Shown: piece after piece, positions 26,201 through 37,130 of the stretch
Position numbering within the stretch: position 1 is the first letter of the stretch
Layout: the number at the start of each line of letters is the position of its first letter
NCBI RefSeq assembly: GCF_964355755.1
Contig: NC_092671.1
Span: 37,148,304-37,212,303 of the forward strand
Origin: Antedon mediterranea
Taxonomy: Eukaryota > Animalia > Echinodermata
Reading direction: 5' to 3'
Length of the DNA stretch: 64,000 nucleotides
Position numbers and translations under genes: made by a program
The notes under the pieces: generated by a model
The model's database searches: none
What the model was told of the DNA's origin: nothing
The model's input: only the letters and a program-made list of their open reading frames with translations

Positions 26201-28407
26201 TGTTAAGCAAACGTGATAACCACTACGCCAAGAATCCGCATATAACCATATAACTACATAACGCTGTGGTGTGTGTCACACATTGTGGCTTCTTAATTAA
26301 ACAAATTAATTAACAAAAAATTAAAAATCCGGCTCTATAGATTTGAGGACATGTCCCTGTAGTATATTCATGCCAAATCCCAGCTCAATACTACAACTCA
26401 TAAGGGAGGAGTAGTACTTTAAAAATCGCACTTTTTACTCAAAAAAAAGAAAGGAGAAAATGAGTAAGTCCTAGACTCGGGTACCCCGAGTAAAAACCAC
26501 ATTTATTTACCTGAAAAAAATGTAATCTGTCAGACAATGGTGAATAACTAATGGCCTATATTTAAAGTCTGATTTTATTATTCTTCATTTTTCATGTTTT
26601 TTTGGGACAATACATTTACTTTGTTATGTGTGTTGTGTAGTCTCTCATTTCTGTATCTATTACCTACTTTTTTAAATGTTGTTTTCTTGTATGTTGATAG
26701 GTGTTATCAGACAACGAATGTTTAATCTTGTATGTCAAGCATACTCTTCCATAGAAGCTGACAGGTTTGCATCCATGGTAGGAATGGCTGTAGAAAAAGC
26801 TATTCAAGGTATACACTTTACACACCTCAATATGCATGAAATATCTTATTGAAATATTTTATTTATACTGGGCGACCTCTTCTTATGATGGCAGGCATCC
26901 ACTCTCTGTTACAAATTTATAAATAAAAATTTGCAGGTTACTCATTCTTGAGATATATACACAATTATATTCTAACATGAGCTCTGACAATTAATTGAAA
27001 TATTTTATATATTTTACCTGGGTAACCTCTTCAGTCAAAGACTGGTCTCCCAGACGCCCCAGTTATGATCAGTTGCTGTGTGTGTTCTGTACTAGTACAC
27101 CAGGGTAACAACCTACAGTACTTGTCTCAAAAGATCTACTAGGTTCTTTAAAGTGCACATGAGCTAGATGTGTGCACTGGACCTGCGGTTTATAGTCCTT
27201 ATCCGAGAAGACTTGTTCTACCACCATGGAGCCAGTGACCCTCGAACCTTTGCCAATGTTATTGCTACATAAATTACGGTCCCACTGTGTGCTCGGCCAC
27301 TCACTCGCTCATATAGGCCTAAGTTTATTGAATGTTGTTGGGGCTTTTTTTTAATGAAACATTCTGCATTTTCTACAGCTGTTCTTGCTGAAGGCTGGGA
27401 ATATAATGAAGAAGTAAACATGATATTACCAAAAGCACAAGGTAAGTGGTTTTGGATTTATATCAACAATTATGGTATTCATTTTCAGTCACAGAAAGTA
27501 TAAATAGCCCTCCGTGATATTTTGGAAATGAATGAAAATCTGTAAATGCTCTGTCTACACTATCAACTTTCTGTGACAAAAAATGTGATGTGCCCGTATA
27601 TGGACATGATGATGTCATATCACTACCATATTTGGGCACATGACACTTTTTTTTGTCAAACTAGTATGATAGTGTAGAAAGCCACCACTTGGATTCAAAC
27701 CCGGAATCTTCTACTTGTGTGTGGACACCCTAACCATTAGACCACTGGACTTTCATGGTATGGTTGAAATTTGCTTGTATAGCAACCGACTGTTTAACAC
27801 TACTTCAATAAGCCTATTCCAAACCATTGGTGACCTTGGAGTCACTCTGTTGGTTGGTTAGCAACCTCTCAGCGCCACATACCGTCCACACAGCGCCACA
27901 TACCGTCCACACAGCGCCACCTACCGTCGTGACGTCAGCACCGCAGAAATCTTATAGCGACAGACTGTTTAACATCCTTGGTGTGGTACGGTGAAACAAC
28001 ACTGGTCCTCAATTGTACACATGCGCAACAGAGATAAAATTGATACGCCCTCATCTTCCAGTAAATAAGGCAAGAAGAAAAAACATTTAGATAATAGGCA
28101 CGTTCATAAATTTTTATTTTGAATTTTAATCGTTTTAACAGTATATTACAGAGCCTATGGCGTTTTTCTAATAATTTGGTTTTTTAACATAGGCCTATAA
28201 ATTTTAACTTTGCCTTTTGCAATTTGATGTATTTTTCTTTGTTGTTTTATTGTCTTAATTATGCCAAGCAAAACGAATTTCCATTTTAAAGTCCACCAAT
28301 AAAATTTCTTGAATCTTTTCTTTTTAGCAATTAAACAAGATGTACCACTTCCAAGTGAACAACAAATCATTCAGCTTACAGATTTTGTGTCCTTTCTTGA
28401 AAATTAA
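17272..28407 (+). CDS. COPS8: COP9 signalosome subunit 8 (182 aa, 7 exons)
   Basis: Exons 17272-17319, 23945-24015, 24174-24222, 24775-24904, 26701-26808, 27379-27441, 28328-28407, all GT-AG and in phase. Translation: ..[78 protein letters not shown]. Confidence 0.95.
18334..18487. mobile_element. MITE family A copy nested in the 5.6-kb element
   Basis: ..TGTCTACACTGTC ... TTGATAGTATAGACAGAGCT. Confidence 0.7.
19758..20057. mobile_element. MITE family B (Harbinger-like)
   Basis: TIRs AGGCCCATACACTAGGACGATAACGA / TCGTTATCGTCATAGTGTAATTGGGCCT. Confidence 0.75.
23242..23866. mobile_element. Non-autonomous Kolobok-like element (TTAA TSD, AG..CT termini)
   Basis: TTAA-AGACCCCTTCCCT ... AGGGAAGGGGGCT-TTAA. 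Confidence 0.75.
24250..24655. repeat. (CAAT)n-based degenerate microsatellite, intronic
   Basis: TCAATCAATGCCCAA variants. Confidence 0.9.
25364..25435 (-). pseudogene. tRNA-Val(AAC)-like sequence
   Basis: GGTTTCGTAGTGTAGTGGTTGTCAAGTCTGC-GTAACAC-GCAGAAGGTCCCGGTTCGAGCCCTGGTGAAACC. Cloverleaf has T-stem and D-stem defects; T-run downstream. Confidence 0.65.
25646..25717 (-). pseudogene. tRNA-Val-derived sequence (degenerate)
   Basis: GGCTTCTTGGCGTAGTGGTTATCACGTTTGC..GCAGAAGGTACCTGGTTCGAGCCCGGG, followed by an oligo-T terminator. Confidence 0.6.
25880..25951 (-). pseudogene. tRNA-Val(AAC)-like sequence
   Basis: Duplicate of 25364-25435. Anticodon arm TCTGC-TTAACAC-GCAGA. Confidence 0.65.
26166..26237 (-). 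pseudogene. tRNA-Val(AAC)-like sequence
   Basis: Duplicate of 25646-25717. Arm TTTGC-TTAACAC-GCAGA, A/B boxes and oligo-T present. Confidence 0.6.
27020..27310 (-). mobile_element. tRNA-derived SINE (same family as 10243-10556)
   Basis: Shared core TACTAGTACACCAGGGTAA..TTTATAGTCCTTATCCGAGAAGACT..CTCGAACC. Confidence 0.7.
27547..27678. mobile_element. MITE family A copy (right end truncated)
   Basis: GCTCTGTCTACACTATCAAC ... GATAGTGTAGA. Confidence 0.7.
27681..27800 (-). mobile_element. tRNA-related repeat head; related copies at ~45500-45620 and ~57078-57200
   Basis: Minus strand GTCCAGTGGTCTAATGGTTAGG...CCGGGTTTGAATCC (A/B boxes). Confidence 0.5.
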
Positions 28408-29713
28408 AAAAACTTTTAATGAAAATCAGAAAATTGTTTTATATCGGTGAAAACATTCACAAAAGATTTTGTTGAAGATTAGCAAGATATTAGTTTGTTC
28501 AAGAAATTGTTGGCATATTCATATTGTTTAATCATTGTACGATAAAAGTGCTAACATTAATAAAGATAAGGTGGAGAGTAGAATACTGAATCTGGCAGGC
28601 TATTAAACCTGACATTTAAAAAGGTAATAACATAATTATATTACGTTTTCATCATCTTGTAGTTACTAAGTCGATAATCTAACAGTTGCATTGTACATGA
28701 AATAGCTCTTTACTTCTAACAACTGCTATAATCCATAAAATAATACAAATCCCTTTTCTCATTTTTTTAAATATCATTTCTTTTACTTTAATTAATACAG
28801 CATTGTTAATTTTATTTACAGTAATATAATAATTATTATGAGGCCTATACACGTTTTTATTTCTGTTACCAGCGCGATTCACAGACAAAATAAACATCAA
28901 AGTAGATTGTCAACACCATGCCGCCTTCTGTCAAGATTGTATAATAAGTAAAATAATTATCATACGAGGCAATTATACCGTTTTGATCGTACGATTAATC
29001 GGGAAACCACCTCACGAAATAATTATAATCTTATTATTGGAGTAACATGTATATAAGACAATTATACTAGTGTCAATATTAATATTATTATGTAACTTCT
29101 TATTATAGAGAACCTTTGGGGACACCTTAAAGAACCAACAAGCGTTCCCTTTTAAAGAGGTGTCCTCTGACTAGTATTAAAATAGTAAACATATTATTAC
29201 CCAATCGGTCATTTCGAGGGAAAGTGTCCCCTTAATGGGGGTATCCCGTTTAGGGGGTCCCAAATAAGGGGTTCCACTGTAATTAAGAAACCTGTGTAAA
29301 TTAAACAACGATTCCAAGTTACAGGTCTTAAAATTACTGTATCATGTTATCTGTATAACCTTTGATAATGTACTGTATTCCTCCCCCCCCCCCCCCCACA
29401 TTAGAATACACAGTACGTAATAAAAGATATTAGTGTGTACATTAAAATAAAAAATTGAATGTAGAAATATTAAACAATAAACATCCAATTTTTATACACT
29501 ATATTAAATTAAGGTCATGTGATTGTGTTTTACGTAGTAAAATGTAAAAACATATTTTTAATTAATTTTATAATTAAACAAATATTAATATGCAAAAATA
29601 TTAAGATAACAACAGAACATTTAAATACACAAATTAAGACATAAATGGTAATAATTTAGTTTGTGTACACTAATTGCTTTAATAATGTGATTTGTTCATG
29701 TTTTGTAGTTAAT

Positions 29714-31882
29714 TTAATAATTAAATATTTTTACATTGTTGGCTCTGTGGTTTGCCACTGCAACCCTCCTTGGTCTTTCTGAGATTACAGCAATCCCAGA
29801 TGGAATATCCAACCCATCATCTTTGTTATCTATTCGTTTAATGAATTTACCATTTTGATCAAATAGTTGTAGTTTAGGATTACTGGATACTATCATATTC
29901 CCATCCATGTCTATGGTTATACCATAAGGACCCTTGACTTTACCATCTTCTACACCAGAGCCTACAAGGATCTTTATCAGCTTATCATTACCATCAAACA
30001 TTTGTATTCTGTGATTATCAAGATCAGCAACAATCACATGACCCTCATTTGTTACAGCAACATCTTGTGTTTTATTCATTTCACCTGCTTCACTACCTTT
30101 AGAACCTATTTTATCAAGTAGACTACCATCATCAATATTGAATTTAAACACACAGTGACATTCGCGGTCTGCTACATATAACATCCTGGTCTTTTGGTTT
30201 ACTGTTACTCCATCAGGATATTTTAATACTCCTTTACCAAAGGTTCGGATTTCATGATATTGATTATCACACATTACAACACATTTACCTAATTCATCAC
30301 TATACACCATGTGACCATTGCCTATTTGATGCATGCGATTGACTTGTACATTTTGTGGTATTTGTATCTTAGAAACAAAACTACCTGATTGATCAAACTT
30401 TATTAAATCTTTACTGTAGCTTGACACTAACATACATCCATCAGTATCCAATACTACATCTGTCACTTTGTTTGTTTTCGAATGTTCTTTATACTCTGAT
30501 ATGTTATCTATGGTATGTACAAGTCCAACAGGTTCCACCTTGATACTCACTGGTGAACCTATGACATGTGACATATCTCCATCATTGATATCCATGTGCC
30601 AATCTCCTTCCAAATCACATCTACCTGTTACTGTGTACTCTCCCTTTCTGTGTGTTACTTCAGTGGCTGATTTCGCACCTGATGAGTTGCTTAGTGTGGC
30701 TGTTAATTTACCAACATCACTCTCTGCTAGTCTTGATACTCTCACACTAAATGGCTGTCCTTTTGTGACTGAAATGTTCTCATCTTCTTTATTAACATTG
30801 TGTACACCACCAACAGTGATAAGTCTACCAACACCTTCATGATTCATCAACTCAACCAGCTGTGGAGATGGAATAAACTTTAGTGTAATTCTTGTTTTTG
30901 TAAATGATTTGTCCAATTCATCTGCTGCAGCGTCATTCTCAACTACAGTGATAGTCGTCTGGTATGATGCAAGGTTTTCTGTTTCTGTTGGTTTATTCAT
31001 TGTTTTCTTGATTGATTCCATCAACGTGTTTACTTGTGTCAGCTTGAATTCAATACTTTTAACTTGACGATCGATAACTTTGCTTTGGTCTTTATAAATC
31101 TGTTTAAGATTTGCCATCATTATCTTTGTTTCTTCCTTCACCTTTCTGATAATTGTCTTCTTGTGAATTTCAATCGCTGTTCTGCTTAACTTCAAATTGG
31201 ATTCAAACTCTGATCTGTCTTTAGTGATAACATCTAATCTCTCTTTTAGTTTTCTTTTAATTCCTTCAGCTGTCTTCATAGTTTCAGTAACAGTTGTATT
31301 AATCTCATTCAGAGCTATCTTCATTGGGATCACCTCATGTTTATTTCTATAACAACGGACAATATGCTTGCAATCTTCACATGCAGGAAGTTTACATGTA
31401 CGACAGTAATCTTCCAGTTTTTTATTCAGGTGATTTTGGCAGTTTAGTGAATCTTCACTTTGTTCTTCTATGTCTGTATCCAGTGTGTATAGTGAATGGT
31501 TCTCCAGCGTAGGGAACATCTTATGCTGTTGGATGCATTGCCTACACATATACATTTCACATTCAGAACAATAGTGCTGAGGTTGATTCAAACATCTTGA
31601 GCATGTTTCAGGTTTTTCAGATTCAATCTTCTCAACGTATTCAACTAGGTAACTGATTGTTTCATTGCACTTCAAATGTTTCAAATCACCATCTTTAAGA
31701 TCGTACGTCTCACGGCATTTTTGACATCGTATCTTGCCGTGTCTTCTCATCAAATCTTGCAGGCAGTTCAGACAGTAAGTGTGAAGACAGTTAAGCGCCT
31801 TTGGATCTGTGAATCTTTGTAGACAGATTGAACATTCCAGATCTCTTTGGTCAAAAAACTTCAATACTGTTTTAGCAGACAT
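29714..31882 (-). CDS. TRIM-NHL E3 ubiquitin ligase (TRIM2/3/71-like), copy 1, 722 aa
   Basis: RING CSICLQRF..CLHTYCLNCL..C.KCR, B-box1 CSRC..YCSECEMYMCRQC..QH, B-box2 CQNH..YCRTC..AC.DC..H, coiled coil, filamin-like (HVIGSPVSIKV) and NHL repeats. Uninterrupted ORF. Confidence 0.95.
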   Translation of the reverse strand: MSAKTVLKFFDQRDLECSICLQRFTDPKALNCLHTYCLNCLQDLMRRHGKIRCQKCRETYDLKDGDLKHLKCNETISYLVEYVEKIESEKPETCSRCLNQPQHYCSECEMYMCRQCIQQHKMFPTLENHSLYTLDTDIEEQSEDSLNCQNHLNKKLEDYCRTCKLPACEDCKHIVRCYRNKHEVIPMKIALNEINTTVTETMKTAEGIKRKLKERLDVITKDRSEFESNLKLSRTAIEIHKKTIIRKVKEETKIMMANLKQIYKDQSKVIDRQVKSIEFKLTQVNTLMESIKKTMNKPTETENLASYQTTITVVENDAAADELDKSFTKTRITLKFIPSPQLVELMNHEGVGRLITVGGVHNVNKEDENISVTKGQPFSVRVSRLAESDVGKLTATLSNSSGAKSATEVTHRKGEYTVTGRCDLEGDWHMDINDGDMSHVIGSPVSIKVEPVGLVHTIDNISEYKEHSKTNKVTDVVLDTDGCMLVSSYSKDLIKFDQSGSFVSKIQIPQNVQVNRMHQIGNGHMVYSDELGKCVVMCDNQYHEIRTFGKGVLKYPDGVTVNQKTRMLYVADRECHCVFKFNIDDGSLLDKIGSKGSEAGEMNKTQDVAVTNEGHVIVADLDNHRIQMFDGNDKLIKILVGSGVEDGKVKGPYGITIDMDGNMIVSSNPKLQLFDQNGKFIKRIDNKDDGLDIPSGIAVISERPRRVAVANHRANNVKIFNY

Positions 31883-33081
31883 CTGTAAAATACAATACAG
31901 TATTTTTTTCAGTTAGTGTAAACTATAAGATGTATTCCAGAAGGAATGACAGAGTATGAGGATGCTCAACATAACCTTAATGTTGGCTTTGGATGGATGG
32001 CTAAGAAAGAATATAAGAAAATGGTTTCTAAAAATGTCTACAATTAAAAATAAAAGCAACCAACATAAACTACGGTAACGGTAACCTCTGTAAGTTTACA
32101 AAAAAAAATCCCATCATCGCTACTGTATAATACAAAGGTCAACAAATATACATAATGAATGTTTATGAGTTGAATGGGGTTAATTTTAATGATTATAAAA
32201 ATTGAGGCTGTCACAAATACAACATTCGTTATTTGCTTCATAACCGTCACACATTGTGTAACAACTTTTATTCAATTTCATGTATTGTAAATGGCGACAC
32301 CACGCAGTAGATATCAAGTCGGCTTTCACAAATATAACCCAACCTATCGTATCGAATACCATGATAAAACTGTTTACACAAAGCTAAGAAGAGTGGCCTA
32401 CAATAATATAGGGCCTACGTTCAATCGTTAAAAGGAGATTTACACACACCACAAATAGGTTAAGCTTCCAAGTTTATTCAGAGTATACATATTTACTGAT
32501 ACTGTACAAGCAATGCTAAAAACTACTAAAGCTTAATAATAAACTACATTTGGCCTCTTGGGGGCTACCACTCATATGACATCGCTGTATGAAAGGTCCA
32601 GTGTGTTGTCACAGGAGCCAGATCAAATGGTTGTTATTAAGTATATCGGTAAGGATGTAATAAGTGACATCCGTTAGGTAAATTGTGGAATTTGGGGGCA
32701 AAATAATTCCCCAGAATTATACCAGCCAAATTAGCGAATAACCTGAGTAACATATGAGTAGCGCCTGTGTTGAGTTAGGTGTTGGATGATGCCGGGGGAT
32801 GGCTGGGTGGGAAAGATTGAAAAGTTTGTACAACTATCGAACGGCTAATTTAAAAATGAAGTGTGCTAGTATGCATCTTAGTAAACAACTGAAAACACAC
32901 TGAATTCCCATTGGTTGCCAATTAGAAATTAGCCTATCCTACATTTTTGTGGTTCCACTATTAGATATACCCGTTGGTCTATAGAAATACATTGTCAATT
33001 ACTGTGGTTGGAACTTTGATAAAGTGTCTCCCTTGACTAACATTCCGTTTTAATTACCTGTAAAAACAATATACCATATTC

Positions 33082-33916
33082 GGCGCTAGTTCCGTTTCGC
33101 ACCTGTTTTTATTTCGACTTCCTTTTGACTCCAAATTGTTAAGCAACTTATTGTGAATACCACACCTTAAAATTGGCCTCATAAGTACTTTTATGAAGAA
33201 GAATCACATAAAAAGTAACAAATAAATCCTTAAATTGATGATTTTACAGACATGTTTCTCGCATACCGTTCGCGAATTTAGCATAGCGAAGTTCAATATT
33301 TTCGTTTCTATGGAGCGCCAAAAGAGCAACAACAATAGATGGTTAAAACCTCAGTGGAATGCGTCTTCTTTTAATGCATTTATTATTGAAATACACGTTT
33401 AATTTTAATATATTTTGTCAATAAAAATGCTGTAACATTTTACTACTAATAATTTGCTGTTTTCAAAAAGCAACCAACCCTAGGCCCACGAGTAAAGACT
33501 AGGCCTAGTACATGTAATATGATGATGAATTTGTCGATTTTCATTCCTAAAAGTTCCTGCAAAAACCATGTACAGTATTATTTTTTTTGCATTGACAAAA
33601 TATGATAAAATTGAACGTAATTTTCACCAATAATGCATTAAATATACGCAATTTACTGAGTTTTTAGCCCTCTATTATGATTGCTCTTTTGGCGCTCCAT
33701 AGAAACAACAACATTGAACATGCGAAATTCACGAACCGATGTGCGAGAAACACGTCTGTAAATTCATCAATTTAAAGGATTTATTTTTTACTTTTTGTGT
33801 GATCTCCTTCGTAAAAGTATTTTTGAGGCCTAATTCTAAGGTGTGGTACTCACGATAAAGTTACTTAACCAATTTTGAGTCGAAATAAACGACAGGTGCG
33901 AAACGGAACTAGCGCC
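33082..33916. mobile_element. 835-bp MITE with long inverted arms and 8-bp TSD (GG termini; Merlin- or MULE-like)
   Basis: GGCGCTAGTTCCGTTTCGCACCTG / CAGGTGCGAAACGGAACTAGCGCC. TSD CCATATTC at 33074-33081 and 33917-33924. Arms stay similar for ~350 bp. Lies in a ~1.6-kb segment (~32437-34036) absent from TRIM copies 2 and 3. Confidence 0.9.
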
Positions 33917-34555
33917 CCATATTCATCCTAACACTTCTATTACTCTGAAATCTACCCACATTTATATACCACATCCTTAGTTAAAAGAAAGTACTTGTGC
34001 CGTGTATAAACTATAATTTATTACTTTAAATTTCCTGAAAATAATACATGGCTGGATACAAAAGATATTATCCATGTGTGTTATAATACACATTGTATAT
34101 AGAACCTTATTTTTATTATAGAAAAAGTTATTACTTACTGTGAAAATGTTGTAAACTTCAAAAGACTGTAAATATTCAGACGAACAAGAGTCTAAATGTC
34201 ATCCGTCAGGGCACCTATTTATTTTACGCATGCGCACTTAATTCCTTGGATAGATGGACCGCAATTCATAGATCGTATTTTACCATTTGCACAATTATTC
34301 GATTATTACAGTGTAAGTGCAACGCGATGGTGAAAGTTGTTCTCGTTTTACCTTTGTAATTTTCATGCAATTCCACTACAAAACCATGAATCATAATTTT
34401 AGCGTACTGTTGCAAAATTTTAATCTTCGAATAATCATAATTTGCTTATATTTAGTAATTTTATTGCGTCACGGCACCTAGTTAGCTCAGTGCTGAGTTA
34501 GCTACATGCACTGAGTTACCATACGTTGTTCGGTTCGATATGAACGAAGGTCTGA

Positions 34556-37130
34556 ATTCACTATGAATCTGGTAGTGCCCTGACGGATGATAAGTATTAA
34601 TTGTCATCCGTGAGGGCACCTATATAGTTAACATACACGTTGTTTTCCGTTAACATACACGTTGTTAATTCACTCTGTGTAACTGGTAGTGCCCTGACGA
34701 ATGATAAGTATTAATTGTCAATCGTCAGGGCACCTATATAATAGTTATAACATACACGTTGCTAATTCACTGTGAAACTGGTAGTGCCCGGTCTGACGGA
34801 TGAAAAGTATTAATTGTCATCCGTCAGGGCACCTATAGGCCTAATAGTTATAACATACACGTTGCTAATTCACTGTGAAACTGGTAGTGCCCTGACAGAT
34901 GAAAAGTATTAATTGTCATCCGTCAGGGCACCTAAATAGTTAACATACACGTTGTTAATTCACTGTGTAACGTAGTGCCCTGACGGATGATAAGTATTAA
35001 TTGTCATCCGTCAGGGCACCTAAATAGTTAACATACACGTTGTTAATTCACTATGAATCTGGTAGTGCCCTGACGGATGATAAGTATTAATTGTCATCCG
35101 TCAGGGCACCTAAATAGTTAACATACACGTTATTAATTCACTCTGTGTAACTGGTAGTGCCCTGACGGATGATAAGTATTAATTGTCATCCGTCAGGGCA
35201 CCTATATAGTTAACATACACGTTATTAATTCACTGTGTGTAACTGGTAGTGCCCTGACGGATGATAAGTATTAATTGTCATCCCTCAGGGCACCTATATA
35301 GTTAACATACACGTTGTTAATTCACTCTGTGTAACTGGTAGTGCCCTGACGGATGATAAGTATTAATTGTCATCCGTCAGGGCACCTAAATAGTTAACAT
35401 ACACGTTGTTAATTCACTGTGAAACTGGTAGTGCCCTGACGGATGATAAGTATTAATTGTCATCCGCCAGGGCACCTATATAGTTAACATACACGTTGTT
35501 AATTCACTATGAATCTGGTAGTGCCTGACGGATGATAAGTATTAATTGTCATCCGTCAGGGCACCTAAATAGTTAACATACACGTTGTTATTCACTATGA
35601 ATCTGGTAGTGCCCTGACGGATGATAAGTATTAATTGTCATCCGTCAGGGCACCTATATAGTTAACATATCATGTTGTTAATTCACTGTGAAACTGGTAG
35701 TGCCCTGACGGATGATAAGTATTAATTGTCATCCGTCAGGGCACCTAAATAGTTAACATACACGTTGTTAATTCACTATGAATCTGGTAGTGCCCTGACG
35801 GATGATAAGTATTAATTGTCATCCGTCAGGGCACCTATATAGTTAACATATCATGTTGCTAATTCACTGTGAAACTGGTAGTGCCCTGACGGATAGGATA
35901 AGTATTAATTGTCATCCGTCAGGGCACCTATATAGTTAACATACACGTTGCTAATTCACTGTGAAACTGGTAGTGCCCTGACGGATGAAAAGTATTAATT
36001 GTCATCCGTCAGGGCACCTATAATAGTTATAACATACACGTTGCTAATTCACTGTGAAACTGGTAGTGCCCTGACAGATGAAAAGTATTAATTGTCATCC
36101 GTCAGGGCACCTAAATAGTTAGCACACGTTGTTAATTCACTGTGTAACGTAGTGCCCTGACGGATGATAAGTATTAATTGTCATCCGTCAGGGCACCTAA
36201 ATAGTTAACATACACGTTGTTAATTCACTATGAATCTGGTAGTGCCCTGACGGATGATAAGTATTAATTGTCATCCGTCAGGGCACCTAAATAGTTAACA
36301 TACACGTTATTAATTCACTCTGTGTAACTGGTAGTGCCCTGACGGATGATAAGTATTAATTGTCATCCGTCAGGGCACCTAAATAGTTAACATACACGTT
36401 GTTAATTCACTGTGTAACGTAGTGCCCTGACGGATGATAAGTATTAATTGTCATCCGTCAGGGCACCTATATAGTTAACATACACGTTGTTAATTCACTC
36501 TGTGTAACTGGTAGTGATAAGTATTAATTGTCATCCGTCAGGGCACCTAAATAGTTAACATACACGTTGTTAATTCACTGTGTAACGTAGTGCCCTGACG
36601 GATGATAAGTATTAATTGTTATCCGTCAGGGCACCTAAATAGTTAACATACACGTTGTTAATTCACTATGAATCTGGTAGTGCCCTGACGGATGATAAGT
36701 ATTAATTGTCATCCGTCAGGGCACCTAAATAGTTAACATACACGTTGCTAATTCACTGTGTGTAACTGGTAGTGCCCTGACGGATGATATAAGTATTAGG
36801 CCTAATTGTCATCCGTCAGGGCACCTAAATAGTTAACATACACGTTGCTAATTCACTGTGAAACTGGTAGTGCCCTGACGGATAGGATAAGTATTAATTG
36901 TCATCCGTCAGGGCACCTATATAGTTAACATACACGTTGCTAATTTACTGTGAAACTGGTAGTGCCCTGACGGATGAAAAGTATTAATTGTCATCCGTCA
37001 GGGCACCTAAATAGTTAACATACACGTTGCTAATTCACTGTGTGTAACTGAGTGCCCTGACGGATGATATTAAGTATTAGGCCTAATTGTCATCCGTCAG
37101 GGCACCTAAATAGTTAACATACACGTTGCT
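34556..37130 (+). repeat. Left subterminal array: ~28 x ~90-bp units, each with a 45-bp palindrome
   Basis: GTGCCCTGACGGATGA-TAAGTATTAATTG-TCATCCGTCAGGGCAC plus a 43-47 bp linker. Confidence 0.95.

Larger units (their letters stand above)
25287..26491 (-). mobile_element. Helentron/HINE-like element with a duplicated 3' half carrying tRNA-Val-like genes
   Basis: Sub-TIR GTACCCCGAGT (26481-26491, part of a palindrome) is inverted with ACTCGGGGTAC (~25808) and ACTCTGGGTAC (~25302). Terminal hairpin GCAC-GAAT-GTGC, insertion in an A/T run, ~510-bp tandem duplication. Confidence 0.7.
25221..26617. mobile_element. Kolobok-like MITE (same family as 1709-2700) split by a Helentron-like insertion
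   Basis: TTAA-AGATATATTGTCCC ... GGGACAATACATTT. The uninterrupted homolog at ~4310-4365 shows the empty A-run. Confidence 0.6.

Noticed and set aside
25364-26237. Functional tRNA-Val gene cluster
   Set aside because: Stem mismatches and indels, and the copies lie within a mobile element. Reported as tRNA-like pending a covariance-model score.
30468-30842. Plus-strand ORFs conserved among the duplicates (also 52591-52800, 61396-61737, 31324-31512, 62219-62407)
   Set aside because: Antisense shadows of the TRIM CDS; lengths differ among copies and there are no recognisable motifs.
34556-37130. CRISPR array (palindromic repeats with spacers), also 47320-49397
   Set aside because: The linkers are near-identical variants rather than unique spacers, there are no cas genes, the context is eukaryotic, and the arrays form the inverted ends of a transposon.
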